Origin: Candidatus Limnocylindria bacterium
Lineage (GTDB): Bacteria > Chloroflexota > Limnocylindria > Limnocylindrales > CSP1-4
Reading direction: 5' to 3'
Length of the DNA stretch: 57,311 bases
Assembly (NCBI GenBank): GCA_041491485.1
Contig: JBGPVC010000002.1
Location: 1-57,311 of the forward strand
Shown: positions 9,206 to 17,531 of the stretch, piece after piece
Layout: each line of letters opens with the position of its first letter
How positions within the stretch are numbered: position 1 is the first letter of the stretch
Notes under the pieces: model-generated
Seen by the model: only the letters and a program-made list of their open reading frames with translations
The model's database searches: none
What the model was told of the DNA's origin: nothing
Program-made: the position numbers and the translations under genes

Positions 9206-9391
9206 ATGAGCGAGCGGTCTCGGGAGTCACGGCGTGCCGAGGAACACCGCCACGAGCTGAACCGGCGCCTGCGGGCGACGTTCGTCGAGGGCGCCGAGGA
9301 GCGCTCTCGCGAGGCGCACGGCCGCGGGCTCACCGACGAGGAGCTGCGCCGGATCATGCGGCGGTACCCTGGTGACCTGCCCGAGCGGTAG
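9206..9391 (+). CDS. small highly charged hypothetical protein (61 aa)
   Basis: ATG 9206, divergent from the ParB-MTase start 60 nt away. Arg/Glu-rich with no motif. Confidence 0.35.
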   Translation: MSERSRESRRAEEHRHELNRRLRATFVEGAEERSREAHGRGLTDEELRRIMRRYPGDLPER

Positions 9392-9394
9392 GGG

Positions 9395-10006
9395 TCATCG
9401 GTCGAGCGCCTGTGCGGTCGGGGAGTGCCGAGGCGGAACCCCGAGCTCCTCGGCACTGAAGAACGCCGCCGCGTCCGGGTTCGACGGCCGTCGGTCATAT
9501 CGGCGCTTGGGATCGGCGTCGAACTGCGGTCGATCGGTTTCCGAGTAGGTCAGGCCGGGCAACGCGTCATTGGTCGCCCGGGGTGGGGGAGGAGCGCAGT
9601 GCGGGATCGGATCTGCGGAGTCCGAGTCGAAGGCCTCGGGCTCGGTGGTCCGCAGGTAGCCGAGCAGGTTCGTCGCTGTGCCGGTCTCGATGAACAGCGC
9701 TCGGACCCGGTCGAGCAGCCCCGCTCCGTGGACCCGGTAGCAGGCGGCGATGAGGTTGCGCTTGGCGGACCGGCGGACCGGATCCCGGGTGATCGCCTCG
9801 TACCCGAGCACCAGGTCCTGGAGGGTGGACTCGTCGGGTGACGGGTAGCGGAACGGGGGACCAGCGGCGACCCGAGCCCGGGTCTCGGCGGCTGTCCAAC
9901 GTCTCGTAGCACGGGTGTCTTCCTCCAAGGAATCGGTGCTACTGCTACGTGCTACGCGCTCGTAGCTACGTGCGCGTGCGTAGCTACGTGGGTCCGGGGC
10001 GGTCAT
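9395..10006 (-). CDS. hypothetical protein (203 aa), last gene before the comM junction
   Basis: ATG 10004-10006. No recombinase motifs. The first ~25 codons coincide with a palindrome array, so the true start could be the internal GTG near 9810. Confidence 0.45.
   Translation of the reverse strand: MTAPDPRSYARARSYERVARSSSTDSLEEDTRATRRWTAAETRARVAAGPPFRYPSPDESTLQDLVLGYEAITRDPVRRSAKRNLIAACYRVHGAGLLDRVRALFIETGTATNLLGYLRTTEPEAFDSDSADPIPHCAPPPPRATNDALPGLTYSETDRPQFDADPKRRYDRRPSNPDAAAFFSAEELGVPPRHSPTAQALDR
9938..9990. repeat. cluster of five GCTAC(G) units, including two copies of the palindromic 12-mer CGTAGCTACGTG
   Basis: CGTAGCTACGTG at 9961-9972 and 9979-9990 (18-bp period). CGTAGCTACG is a perfect 10-bp palindrome. 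Further GCTAC(G) units at 9938, 9944 and 9951. Confidence 0.6.
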
Positions 10007-10085
10007 CCCACCGCCGCCTTTACCCGGTAGCGAGACGGTGGCAGCTCGATGATTCGCCGGCGGATGGTGTAGTTCAAACCTTCAC

Positions 10086-10571
10086 GGTTGCCCGTGTGGT
10101 TTCGCCGGCACCACGGATCGGGCCTGCGCCTGTCGGGGGCGGGAGGCGGAGCGATACCAGCGCCGGGTCTCGGGACCGCTGCGTGATCGGATCGACCTGT
10201 GGGTGACGATGCCACGCGTCGCGCCGCTGGCGCTCGTCGGCGGACGGGAGCCGGAGGGCTCGGAGGCCGTCGCGGCGCGGGTTGTGGCGGCCAGGACCGT
10301 GGCGCTGGAGCGCCCGCCGGGGTTGTTGAACGGTCGCCTCACCGGCCGCCTGCTACGAGCCGCCTGTGGCCTGTCCGGGTCGAGCGAGCGACGGGTCGTC
10401 CAGCTCGCCGAACTCGAGCGAGCCAGCGGGCGAGGCACGGAACGGCTCCTGCGTGTTGCCAGGACCATCGCGGACCTGGCCGGCGACGCGATCGTCTCCG
10501 AGGCGCACCTCGACGAGGCGGCCTGGTTCCGCCCGTCCGACCAGCGCCTGGCCGACGCTGAGGCGTCGTGA
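10086..10571 (+). pseudogene. comM: 3' remnant of comM/yifB (Mg-chelatase-like AAA+ competence protein)
   Basis: The frame is open only from 10053. GCPVGFAG..CAC..RYQRRVSGPLRDRIDLWV ... LLRVARTIADLAG..I...HLDEAAWFR matches the C-terminal ~160 aa of ComM. No Lon-like or Walker region lies upstream. Confidence 0.8.
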
Positions 10572-11872
10572 TGCTGGGCGTTGGATCTACCGGTCCCACC
10601 GCGGCCGACGCGACGACGGTACCGGAAGGGACCCGTGGCCCCGGCGTCGTGAAGGACCCTTCGGAACGCGATGCGTGGGCGGTCCTGACCTGCGTCGATG
10701 GCCTCGGACCAGTAGGCATGGCGGCGCTCCTGCGGCGATACGGATCGGGCGTGGCCATCCTCCGCGAGGCGTCGGGGCCGGGAGGGGCCGGGAAGCTGGC
10801 CGCTCCGTCGACCGAGGACGACGTCGCCGGCACCGGCTCGTCGCGCCGCCCCGTGCTCCCGTCCGTTGCGGACGCGATCGTGGTCGCCGCCCAGCGGGCC
10901 CACCTGACGCTGGAGCGCATCCAGGCGCTCGGGCTCCACGTGGTGACCGTCGCAGACACGGCCTATCCCGTTCGCCTGGCGGCGATCGCAATGCCGCCGC
11001 ACGTCCTGTTCGTCCTCGGCGATCCGGCCGCACTCGAGGCCCGTGCCGCCGTCGCGGTCGTCGGCACGCGGAAGGCGACGAATGCCGGTCGCGCGATCGC
11101 CGCCCGGCTCGCGGCCAGTCTCGTGTCGGTGGGGGCCACGGTCGTCTCGGGCCTGGCCACCGGCATCGACGGCGCCGCCCATGCAGCGACGATCCACGCG
11201 GGTGGCACCACGATCGCGGTCATCGGCTCCGGTCATGCCCAACTCCACCCGCGGATCCACGAGCGTCTTGCCGCGTCGATCGCCCGGTCCGGTGGGGCGG
11301 TGGTCTCCGAGCTCGCACCAGACGTCCGACCCACCCACGGCACCTTTCCGCGTCGCAACCGCGTGATCAGCGGGCTCTCCGATGCCACCGTCGTGGTCGA
11401 GGCGCCGGCGCGGAGCGGTGCGCTCATCACGGCATCCTGGGCACTCGAGCAGGGTCGCGACTGCTTCCTCGTTCCCGGACCGATCGGGGCGCCGGCCTCG
11501 GCGGGTTGCCTCTCCTTTCTCCGTGAGTACGCGGAGGCCGGAGCCCGGATCGTGGCCGGCATCCCGCAGCTCATCGACGACCTGGGCCTCGCCGACCACC
11601 TGGTCGAGCCCGGCGTGGCCCCCGGGGTGGCGGCGACGCTCGCCGACGTCGGCCAGGCGGCCGCCCGGATCGGACGCGAGCTCGTCCACGGCCGAGCCAC
11701 CGTCGACGAGCTCGTCGCCGCGACGGGTTGGCCCGTGGCGAGTGTGCTGGCGGCCCTGACCCTGCTCGAACGCCGAGGCCTCGCGCTGGGCGTCCACGGT
11801 CGGTTCCGCCCGGCCGGGTCGCTCGCCGGTGCCGATCCGAAGCCCGCGCGGGTGCGTCGACCGAGTGCGTGA
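10568..11872 (+). CDS. dprA: DNA processing protein DprA
   Basis: VVGTRKATNAGR...VSGLATGIDGAAH...FPRRNRVISGLSDATVVVEAPARSGALITA. GTGA overlap with the comM remnant stop. Confidence 0.9.
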   Translation: MMLGVGSTGPTAADATTVPEGTRGPGVVKDPSERDAWAVLTCVDGLGPVGMAALLRRYGSGVAILREASGPGGAGKLAAPSTEDDVAGTGSSRRPVLPSVADAIVVAAQRAHLTLERIQALGLHVVTVADTAYPVRLAAIAMPPHVLFVLGDPAALEARAAVAVVGTRKATNAGRAIAARLAASLVSVGATVVSGLATGIDGAAHAATIHAGGTTIAVIGSGHAQLHPRIHERLAASIARSGGAVVSELAPDVRPTHGTFPRRNRVISGLSDATVVVEAPARSGALITASWALEQGRDCFLVPGPIGAPASAGCLSFLREYAEAGARIVAGIPQLIDDLGLADHLVEPGVAPGVAATLADVGQAAARIGRELVHGRATVDELVAATGWPVASVLAALTLLERRGLALGVHGRFRPAGSLAGADPKPARVRRPSA

Positions 11873-11880
11873 CGGGTCCA

Positions 11881-11898
11881 CCGTGCCGTTCGGCACGG
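11881..11898 (+). terminator. hairpin CCGTGCC-gttc-GGCACGG after dprA
   Basis: 7-bp stem starting 9 nt after the dprA stop, followed by TTGCC. Confidence 0.35.
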
Positions 11899-11973
11899 TT
11901 GCCGGGCCGAGAGAACCGATGCTACCCTGTGGCCAGCCCGACCTCCCAAGGTCGACCCCGGGACCCGCCCTCG

Positions 11974-13647
11974 ATGCTGTCCCCAGAAGCAACGAGCCAG
12001 GAGCGTCGTCTATTGCACAAGGCCGCCGTCGCGCTGCTGGCCGTCCCGATCCTCTCCGCCGTCTACGTTGGCGCGCTGGTTCGCCGTTCGGTCGTCTCGC
12101 GTATCGGGCTGGCGATCGCCGTCGTCGTGCTGCTCGGCGTGGGCGTGATCGGCGCAGGGCTTCCGGCGTCGACCTCGGCCAGGCCGCCGTCGCCGATCGT
12201 TCCGCTGACGCGGGCGGCCTTCCAGACGACCGTCGTGACCGGTCACGACCTGACGGCCCCGGTCGCCATCTCGTTCACGACGCCCATGGACCCGGGCTCC
12301 GTCGCCTCGGCGGTGACCGTCGACCCGCCGACACCGGTCCAGCTCGCCTGGGATGCAGCCGGGCGCACGCTGACGATCTCGCCGCAGGCCCACTGGTCGC
12401 CCGGCGCGTACTACACCGTATCCGTGCAAGCCGGCGCCCTGGCCGGCACGGGCCAGCCGCTGGCCCAACCGGCCCGTGCCGCCTTCCTGACCCGCGCTGC
12501 GATCACCAGCAGCGTGGCGCCGACGGATCCCATCGGCGGCCGGGTGTCGGTCGACTCGGGCTTCAGCGTCACGTTTGCCCGGCCTGTCGATCCGGCGACC
12601 GTCGCCACCGCGATCAAGGTCGATCCGCCGGTCGCGGGTTCGCTGAAGGTCGCCGGCGCGCCACGAGGCCCGGTGCAGTACACCTTCCAACCGGTGCAAC
12701 CGCTGGCGGCCGGCAAGACCTATCGCCTGACCGTCGCTGGGGTGATCGATCAGGACGGCGTCGCACTGGCGCCCGTGTCGATGGCGATCAAGACCACCAA
12801 CCCGCCGGCTGTCGTCCGCTTCCGGCCGCAGGAATCGGCCTCCAACACCCCGCGAGACGCGGCCATCTCGGTCCGCTTCACGGAAGCGATGGACCGGAGC
12901 ACGACGGCCAGGGCGTTCTCGGTCAGGATCGCCGGCAAGGCCGTCAAGGGGAGCGTCAGCTGGGCCGAGTCGAGCACGGTGCTGGTCTTCAAGCCCGCGA
13001 CGGCGCTGCCGTACGGCGCGGCGGTCGTCGCCAAGGTCGACATCACGGCCAAGAGCGCGACCGGCGCCCCGATGGCCCGGTCGACGCGGGCGATCTTCAA
13101 GACGACGCCAAAGCCAGCTGCCCCGGCCCGAACGACGATCATCAAGCCCAAGGCCACCTCGACGATCGGAGGCGGGGGCGGCGCGGTCGGCGGCGGCAGC
13201 TGGGGCGCCGTCGAGAGCTACTACCTGCGACTCATGAACTGCACACGGACCGGTGGCTGGGTCACCTCGGGCGGCGCGTGCAGCAGCCCCGGCGGTCGAC
13301 ACGTGGCCCCGCTCGTGATCGACAGCCGGATCAGCAGCCGTGTCACGCGGCCGTATGCCAGGCTCCTCGCGACCAACGGGGCGTGCAGCCACTTCATCGG
13401 CGGCAATCCGGGCAATCGCCTTGCCCGAGCCGGTTTCACCAGCTACCGCTGGGCCGAGAACATCGGCTGCCGGTCGGGAAGTCCCAGCTCCGCGGTCCTC
13501 GGCTCGCACCTGTTCTTCCAGAGCGAGCGGCCGTACTCGGGTGGCCACTACGTCAACCTGATGAACTCGGCCTATGACCGGGTCGGGATCGGCGTCTGGG
13601 TCTCGAACGGCCAGGTCCGCCTGGTGGTCGACTTCTACCACCCCTGA
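11974..13647 (+). CDS. membrane-anchored protein with three Ig-like (SbsA/Big_5-type) repeats and a C-terminal CAP/SCP domain
   Basis: N-terminal TM, then three ~100-aa repeats (..ISFTTPMDPGSVASAVTVDP.. / ..VTFARPVDPATVATAIKVDP.. / ..VRFTEAMDRSTTARAFSV..). CAP-like end (YRWAENIG...GGHYVNLMNSAYDRVGIGV). Confidence 0.75.
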   Translation: MLSPEATSQERRLLHKAAVALLAVPILSAVYVGALVRRSVVSRIGLAIAVVVLLGVGVIGAGLPASTSARPPSPIVPLTRAAFQTTVVTGHDLTAPVAISFTTPMDPGSVASAVTVDPPTPVQLAWDAAGRTLTISPQAHWSPGAYYTVSVQAGALAGTGQPLAQPARAAFLTRAAITSSVAPTDPIGGRVSVDSGFSVTFARPVDPATVATAIKVDPPVAGSLKVAGAPRGPVQYTFQPVQPLAAGKTYRLTVAGVIDQDGVALAPVSMAIKTTNPPAVVRFRPQESASNTPRDAAISVRFTEAMDRSTTARAFSVRIAGKAVKGSVSWAESSTVLVFKPATALPYGAAVVAKVDITAKSATGAPMARSTRAIFKTTPKPAAPARTTIIKPKATSTIGGGGGAVGGGSWGAVESYYLRLMNCTRTGGWVTSGGACSSPGGRHVAPLVIDSRISSRVTRPYARLLATNGACSHFIGGNPGNRLARAGFTSYRWAENIGCRSGSPSSAVLGSHLFFQSERPYSGGHYVNLMNSAYDRVGIGVWVSNGQVRLVVDFYHP

Positions 13648-13699
13648 CCGGACCATCGGTGGGCTGGACGGGGCGCCCCCGGCCGTCCAGCATCGGTCC

Positions 13700-14056
13700 G
13701 TGATCCGAAACGCCGTGCTCCACATCATGAACGAGCAGCCGATGCTGGCCGACCTGTTCGAGGCACCGACCCCGAGCGACGTGGGGCTGCGCTGTACGAA
13801 CCTGCGGACGATGAACCTCAAACGGCCCGTCTTCATCGACGATTCGGCCTCGGTCTTCTTCTTCCCGTACCGCAATATCAGGTTCGTCGAGATTCCGGCC
13901 GGCGCGATCTCCGGCAGCGATCCGGGCTCGGCAATCGAGCTCAGCGATGGCGGTTCGGACCGCGACGGGCGACCGTCGGCGACTCCGCCGCCGGACGAAC
14001 CGGAGCCCGATCTGGAGATCGACGAGGACTTCCTGCGCCGGATTCGCGAGGTCTAG
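13700..14056 (+). CDS. hypothetical small protein with an acidic Pro-rich tail
   Basis: GTG 13700 (or ATG 13727). Compact N-terminal part (LRCTNLRTMNLKRPVFIDDSASVFFFPYRNIRFVEI), then a DE/P-rich tail. Lies directly upstream of topA. Confidence 0.5.
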   Translation: MIRNAVLHIMNEQPMLADLFEAPTPSDVGLRCTNLRTMNLKRPVFIDDSASVFFFPYRNIRFVEIPAGAISGSDPGSAIELSDGGSDRDGRPSATPPPDEPEPDLEIDEDFLRRIREV

Positions 14057-14111
14057 TCCCGCTCTCACCCGGGTAAGGGTTCGCCAAGGACCCGGTGCTA
14101 CACTCCCGGCC

Positions 14112-16551
14112 GTGCCAAAGAACCTCGTCATCGTCGAGTCCCCGGCCAAGGCCCGGACCATCGAGCGCTACCTGGGTGACGACTATCGCGTCCTCGCCTC
14201 GTACGGTCACGTCCGCGACCTGCCGGAGAACCCAGGCAAGGGCAAGTTCGGCGTGGACGTCGATCACGACTTCGCCCCCGAGTACGTGATCTCGACCGAC
14301 CGACGCAAGCAGGTCGCCGACATCGAGAAGGCGGCCAAGGGTGCCGACGCCATCTTCCTCGCCACCGACCTCGATCGCGAAGGCGAGGCCATCGCCTGGC
14401 ACGTGGCCGAGGCGACGCACATGGCGCCCGCCAAGACCCGCCGCGTCACCTTCAGCGAGATCACCGAATCGGCGATCCGCGAGGCGTTCGCCAACCCCCG
14501 CCAGATCGACCAGCACCTCGTCGACGCCCAGCAGGCACGGCGGATCGTGGACCGCCTGGTTGGCTACACGCTGAGCCCGTTGCTGTCGCGCAAGGTGCGG
14601 GGTGGTCTCTCCGCCGGGCGCGTCCAGTCGGTGGCCGTCCGGCTCGTGGTCGAGCGGGAGCGCGAAATCGAGGCGTTCAGCCCGCGCGAGTACTGGACGA
14701 TCCAGGCCATCCTCGCCACGCCGACCGACGATCGGTTTGCGGCCGAGGTCGTCCGCATCGATGGCTCGGCCATCGACGTGCCGGACGCGGAGGCGGCCGC
14801 GCGTCACGAAGCGGCGATCCGCAACCTCCACCCGATCGTCACCAAGCTCGGGACCCGTGGCCAGAAACGGTCGCCGGCGCCGCCGTTCACGACCTCCACG
14901 CTCCAGCAGGAGGCGAGCCGACGCCTCGGCTATAGCCCGAAGCGGACGATGTCGATCGCACAGCGGCTGTACGAAGGCGCCGACACGCCCGATGGTCACG
15001 TGGGGCTGATCACCTACATGCGGACCGACTCGACGGCCATCGCCGGCATCGCGATGGGTGAGGCGCGCGAGGTGATCGACGCTCGATACGGTCCGAAGTA
15101 CACGATGCCCAAGGGCCGCGTCTACAAGACCAAGTCGAAGGGTGCCCAGGAGGCCCACGAATCGATCCGGCCGACCAGCTTCCGTCGCGACCCCGATTCG
15201 CTCGAGCATTCGCTCAAGCCCGAGGAGCTGCGCCTCTATCGCCTGATCTGGCAACGCGCGCTGGCGTCACAGATGGCGGCCAAGGAGCTGGAGACCACCA
15301 CGATCGACCTGGCCGACGGCGCCTACGAGCTGCGCGCATCGGCGACCAGGGTCCTGTTCGACGGCTTCGCCCGCGTCTACACGGAGGGTCGCGACGACGA
15401 CGGCGCCGACGACGAGGAGACCGGACAGCTGCCGACCCTCGCCGCAGGCGATCGGACCACGGTCGCGGAGGTCAGGCCAACCCAGCACTTCACCGAACCG
15501 CCGCCGCGCTTCACCGAGGCAACCCTGATCAAGGCACTCGAGGAGCACGGGATCGGGCGCCCGTCCACCTATGCCGCGACGATCTCGACGATCACGGATC
15601 GCGGCTACGTCCGTGTCGAGGAGCGCCGCCTCCGTCCGGAGCCAGTGGCCGGGATCGTCACGGATCTCCTGGTCGAGCATTTCGGCGACTACGTGGACGT
15701 CGCATTCACGGCACGCATGGAGGAAGAGCTCGACGAGGTGTCTCGTGGCGAGCGTGCGTGGGTGCCGTTGCTGCGAGCGTTCTACGGCCCGTTACGCGAC
15801 CGGGTCGACGAGAAGCGACGCGAGCTCCCGCAAGGACTTCACCACCGAGGCTACCGACGAGGTCTGCTCCGAAGGTCATCCGATGGTCATCCGGCTTGGC
15901 CGTAACGGCCGGTTCCTGGCCTGCTCGCTCTACCCGGAGCACAAGGAGAGCCGGCCGCTGCCAGGCGAGGAGCCGCCACCCCAGGCCGGCACGGGCGAGG
16001 TCTGCCCCAAGTGCGGGGAGGGCACCCTGGTCGGCAGGAGCGGTCGCTTCGGCCCGTTCGTCGGCTGCTCGCGCTATCCGGAATGCGACTACATCAAGCG
16101 GGAAGGCCCGCCGCCACCGGACCCGCTCGCCTTCGAGGTGACCTGCCCGAAGAACCGCGACGGCCATCTCGTGCCTCGCCGCGCCCGACGGACGGGCAAC
16201 GTGTTCTGGGGCTGCTCGAGCTATCCGCGCTGCGACTACACCACGAACTACGAACCGCTCGGCGGCCTCCACGACGCCGACGACGGTCCGCTGGCCCGCA
16301 AGGACGCGGCCGCGATCTGCCTGGTCTGCGGCTCGACCAGCGAGACCGACGCGGCCGACGTCGTGCCCGGTGCCCGCTATTCGGGCGGGCCGGCGAATCC
16401 GGAGACGTTGGCGCGTCCCGCTCGTGCACGGCGCGGTGGTGCGGCGCCGGCGACCGCTCGCGCCGGAGGCCGGACTCGGGGCGGAGCGCGCACCGGCGGT
16501 CGGAGCGGAAAGCGGCGATCGGCCTCGACCGAGCCGGCCGCCGACGCGTGA
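14112..16551 (+). CDS. topA: DNA topoisomerase I, interrupted by an apparent +1 frameshift near 15825-15830
   Basis: TOPRIM start VPKNLVIVESPAKARTIERYLG. Frame A stops at 15905. The C-terminal Zn-ribbon repeats (CPKCGEG..FVGCSRYPECDY, CPKNRDG..FWGCSSYPRCDY) continue in the +1 frame to 16551. Confidence 0.9.
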
Positions 16552-17531
16552 GCCGGGAGCCGGCCGAACCCGCGACCGATCCGGCCCTCGAGCGCTTCCT
16601 CCGCTCACTTGCCGCGCGCGACGCGTCGCCGCACACGCAGCGTGCGTACGAGACGGCGGTCGGCACGTATCTGTCTTGGCTAGCCGCGCGCGGTTGCGAC
16701 TGGCGCCACCCATCGCGTGCCGACCTCCGGGCCTACCTGGCGGTGCTCGGCGAGGGCCACGCCAGGACGACGGTCGCCCAGCGACTCGCGGCGATCCGGG
16801 CCTTCCATCGCTGGGCAACCCGCAACGACCTCGCGCCCGGTGATCCGTGGGGATCGATCGCCACGCCCAGGCTCCCACGCCGGTTGCCACGCGTCCTCGA
16901 GATCGAGCAGGTCGGCCGGCTGCTCGCTGTGGTGGAGGCCGACGTCGCCGCCCCTGCCGTCGGCGACCCGGCCCGCGCGGCGCTGCGGTTCGCGCTCGCG
17001 ATGCGCGATCGGGCGCTGGTCGAGACGGCCTACGCGGCCGGTCTCCGGATCAGCGAGCTGGCGGCGGCGGAGCTCGGGGCGCTCGACCTGCGGCGCGGCG
17101 AGATCCGAGTCCTCGGCAAGGGTCGCAAGGAGCGGATCGGCCTCCTCGGGCGCCCGGCCCGCGCCGCCCTGGCCGACTATCTCGCGGATGGCCGGCCGTT
17201 GCTTCTCGAGCGCCGGACGGACGACCGGCCACCCCCGACACAGGTCTTCCTGAACCACCATGGCGAGCCCCTCGGGGTTCGCGGTCTTCGGTACCGGCTC
17301 GATCGGCTGTGCGGCCGGGCGGGCCTGCCGGTCGGCGTCTCTCCTCACACGCTCCGCCATTCGTTCGCGACGCACCTGCTCGACGGAGGCGCGGACCTTC
17401 GGGTCGTGCAGGAATTGCTCGGCCACGAGAACCTGGCGACCACCCAGATCTACACGCACGTCTCGCCGGGCCGACTCCAGAGCGCCTACCGGGAGGCGCA
17501 CCCGAGGGCGCGTCGCGTCTCCGCGCCGTGA
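16548..17531 (+). CDS. xerC: tyrosine recombinase XerC/XerD family
   Basis: SPHTLRHSFATHLLDGGADLRVVQELLGHENLATTQIYTHV. GTGA overlap with the topA stop. Confidence 0.9.
   Translation: MSREPAEPATDPALERFLRSLAARDASPHTQRAYETAVGTYLSWLAARGCDWRHPSRADLRAYLAVLGEGHARTTVAQRLAAIRAFHRWATRNDLAPGDPWGSIATPRLPRRLPRVLEIEQVGRLLAVVEADVAAPAVGDPARAALRFALAMRDRALVETAYAAGLRISELAAAELGALDLRRGEIRVLGKGRKERIGLLGRPARAALADYLADGRPLLLERRTDDRPPPTQVFLNHHGEPLGVRGLRYRLDRLCGRAGLPVGVSPHTLRHSFATHLLDGGADLRVVQELLGHENLATTQIYTHVSPGRLQSAYREAHPRARRVSAP

Noticed and set aside
9938-9990. GCTACG repeat cluster considered as a CRISPR array or tandem-repeat locus
   Set aside because: The units are only 6-12 bp with irregular 6-18 bp spacing over 53 bp. 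No spacers or cas genes are present. I kept it as a possible protein-binding array instead.
10082-11992. 636-aa ORF on the minus strand, antisense to the comM remnant and dprA
   Set aside because: Its composition is Arg/Gly/Pro/Asp-rich and low-complexity with no motifs. It exactly shadows a well-supported dprA gene. This is a typical high-GC antisense ORF artefact.
12010-13875. 621-aa minus-strand ORF antisense to the Ig-repeat/CAP gene
   Set aside because: Same artefact class. The + strand frame has a TM, repeat structure and a recognisable CAP domain, whereas the antisense translation is RGD-rich noise.
16548-17531. XerC considered as the integrase of the accessory island at comM
   Set aside because: It lies 6.5 kb away on the far side of dprA and topA. 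It sits in the widely conserved dprA-topA-xerC arrangement and is translationally coupled to both neighbours. It therefore looks like the housekeeping dimer-resolution recombinase.
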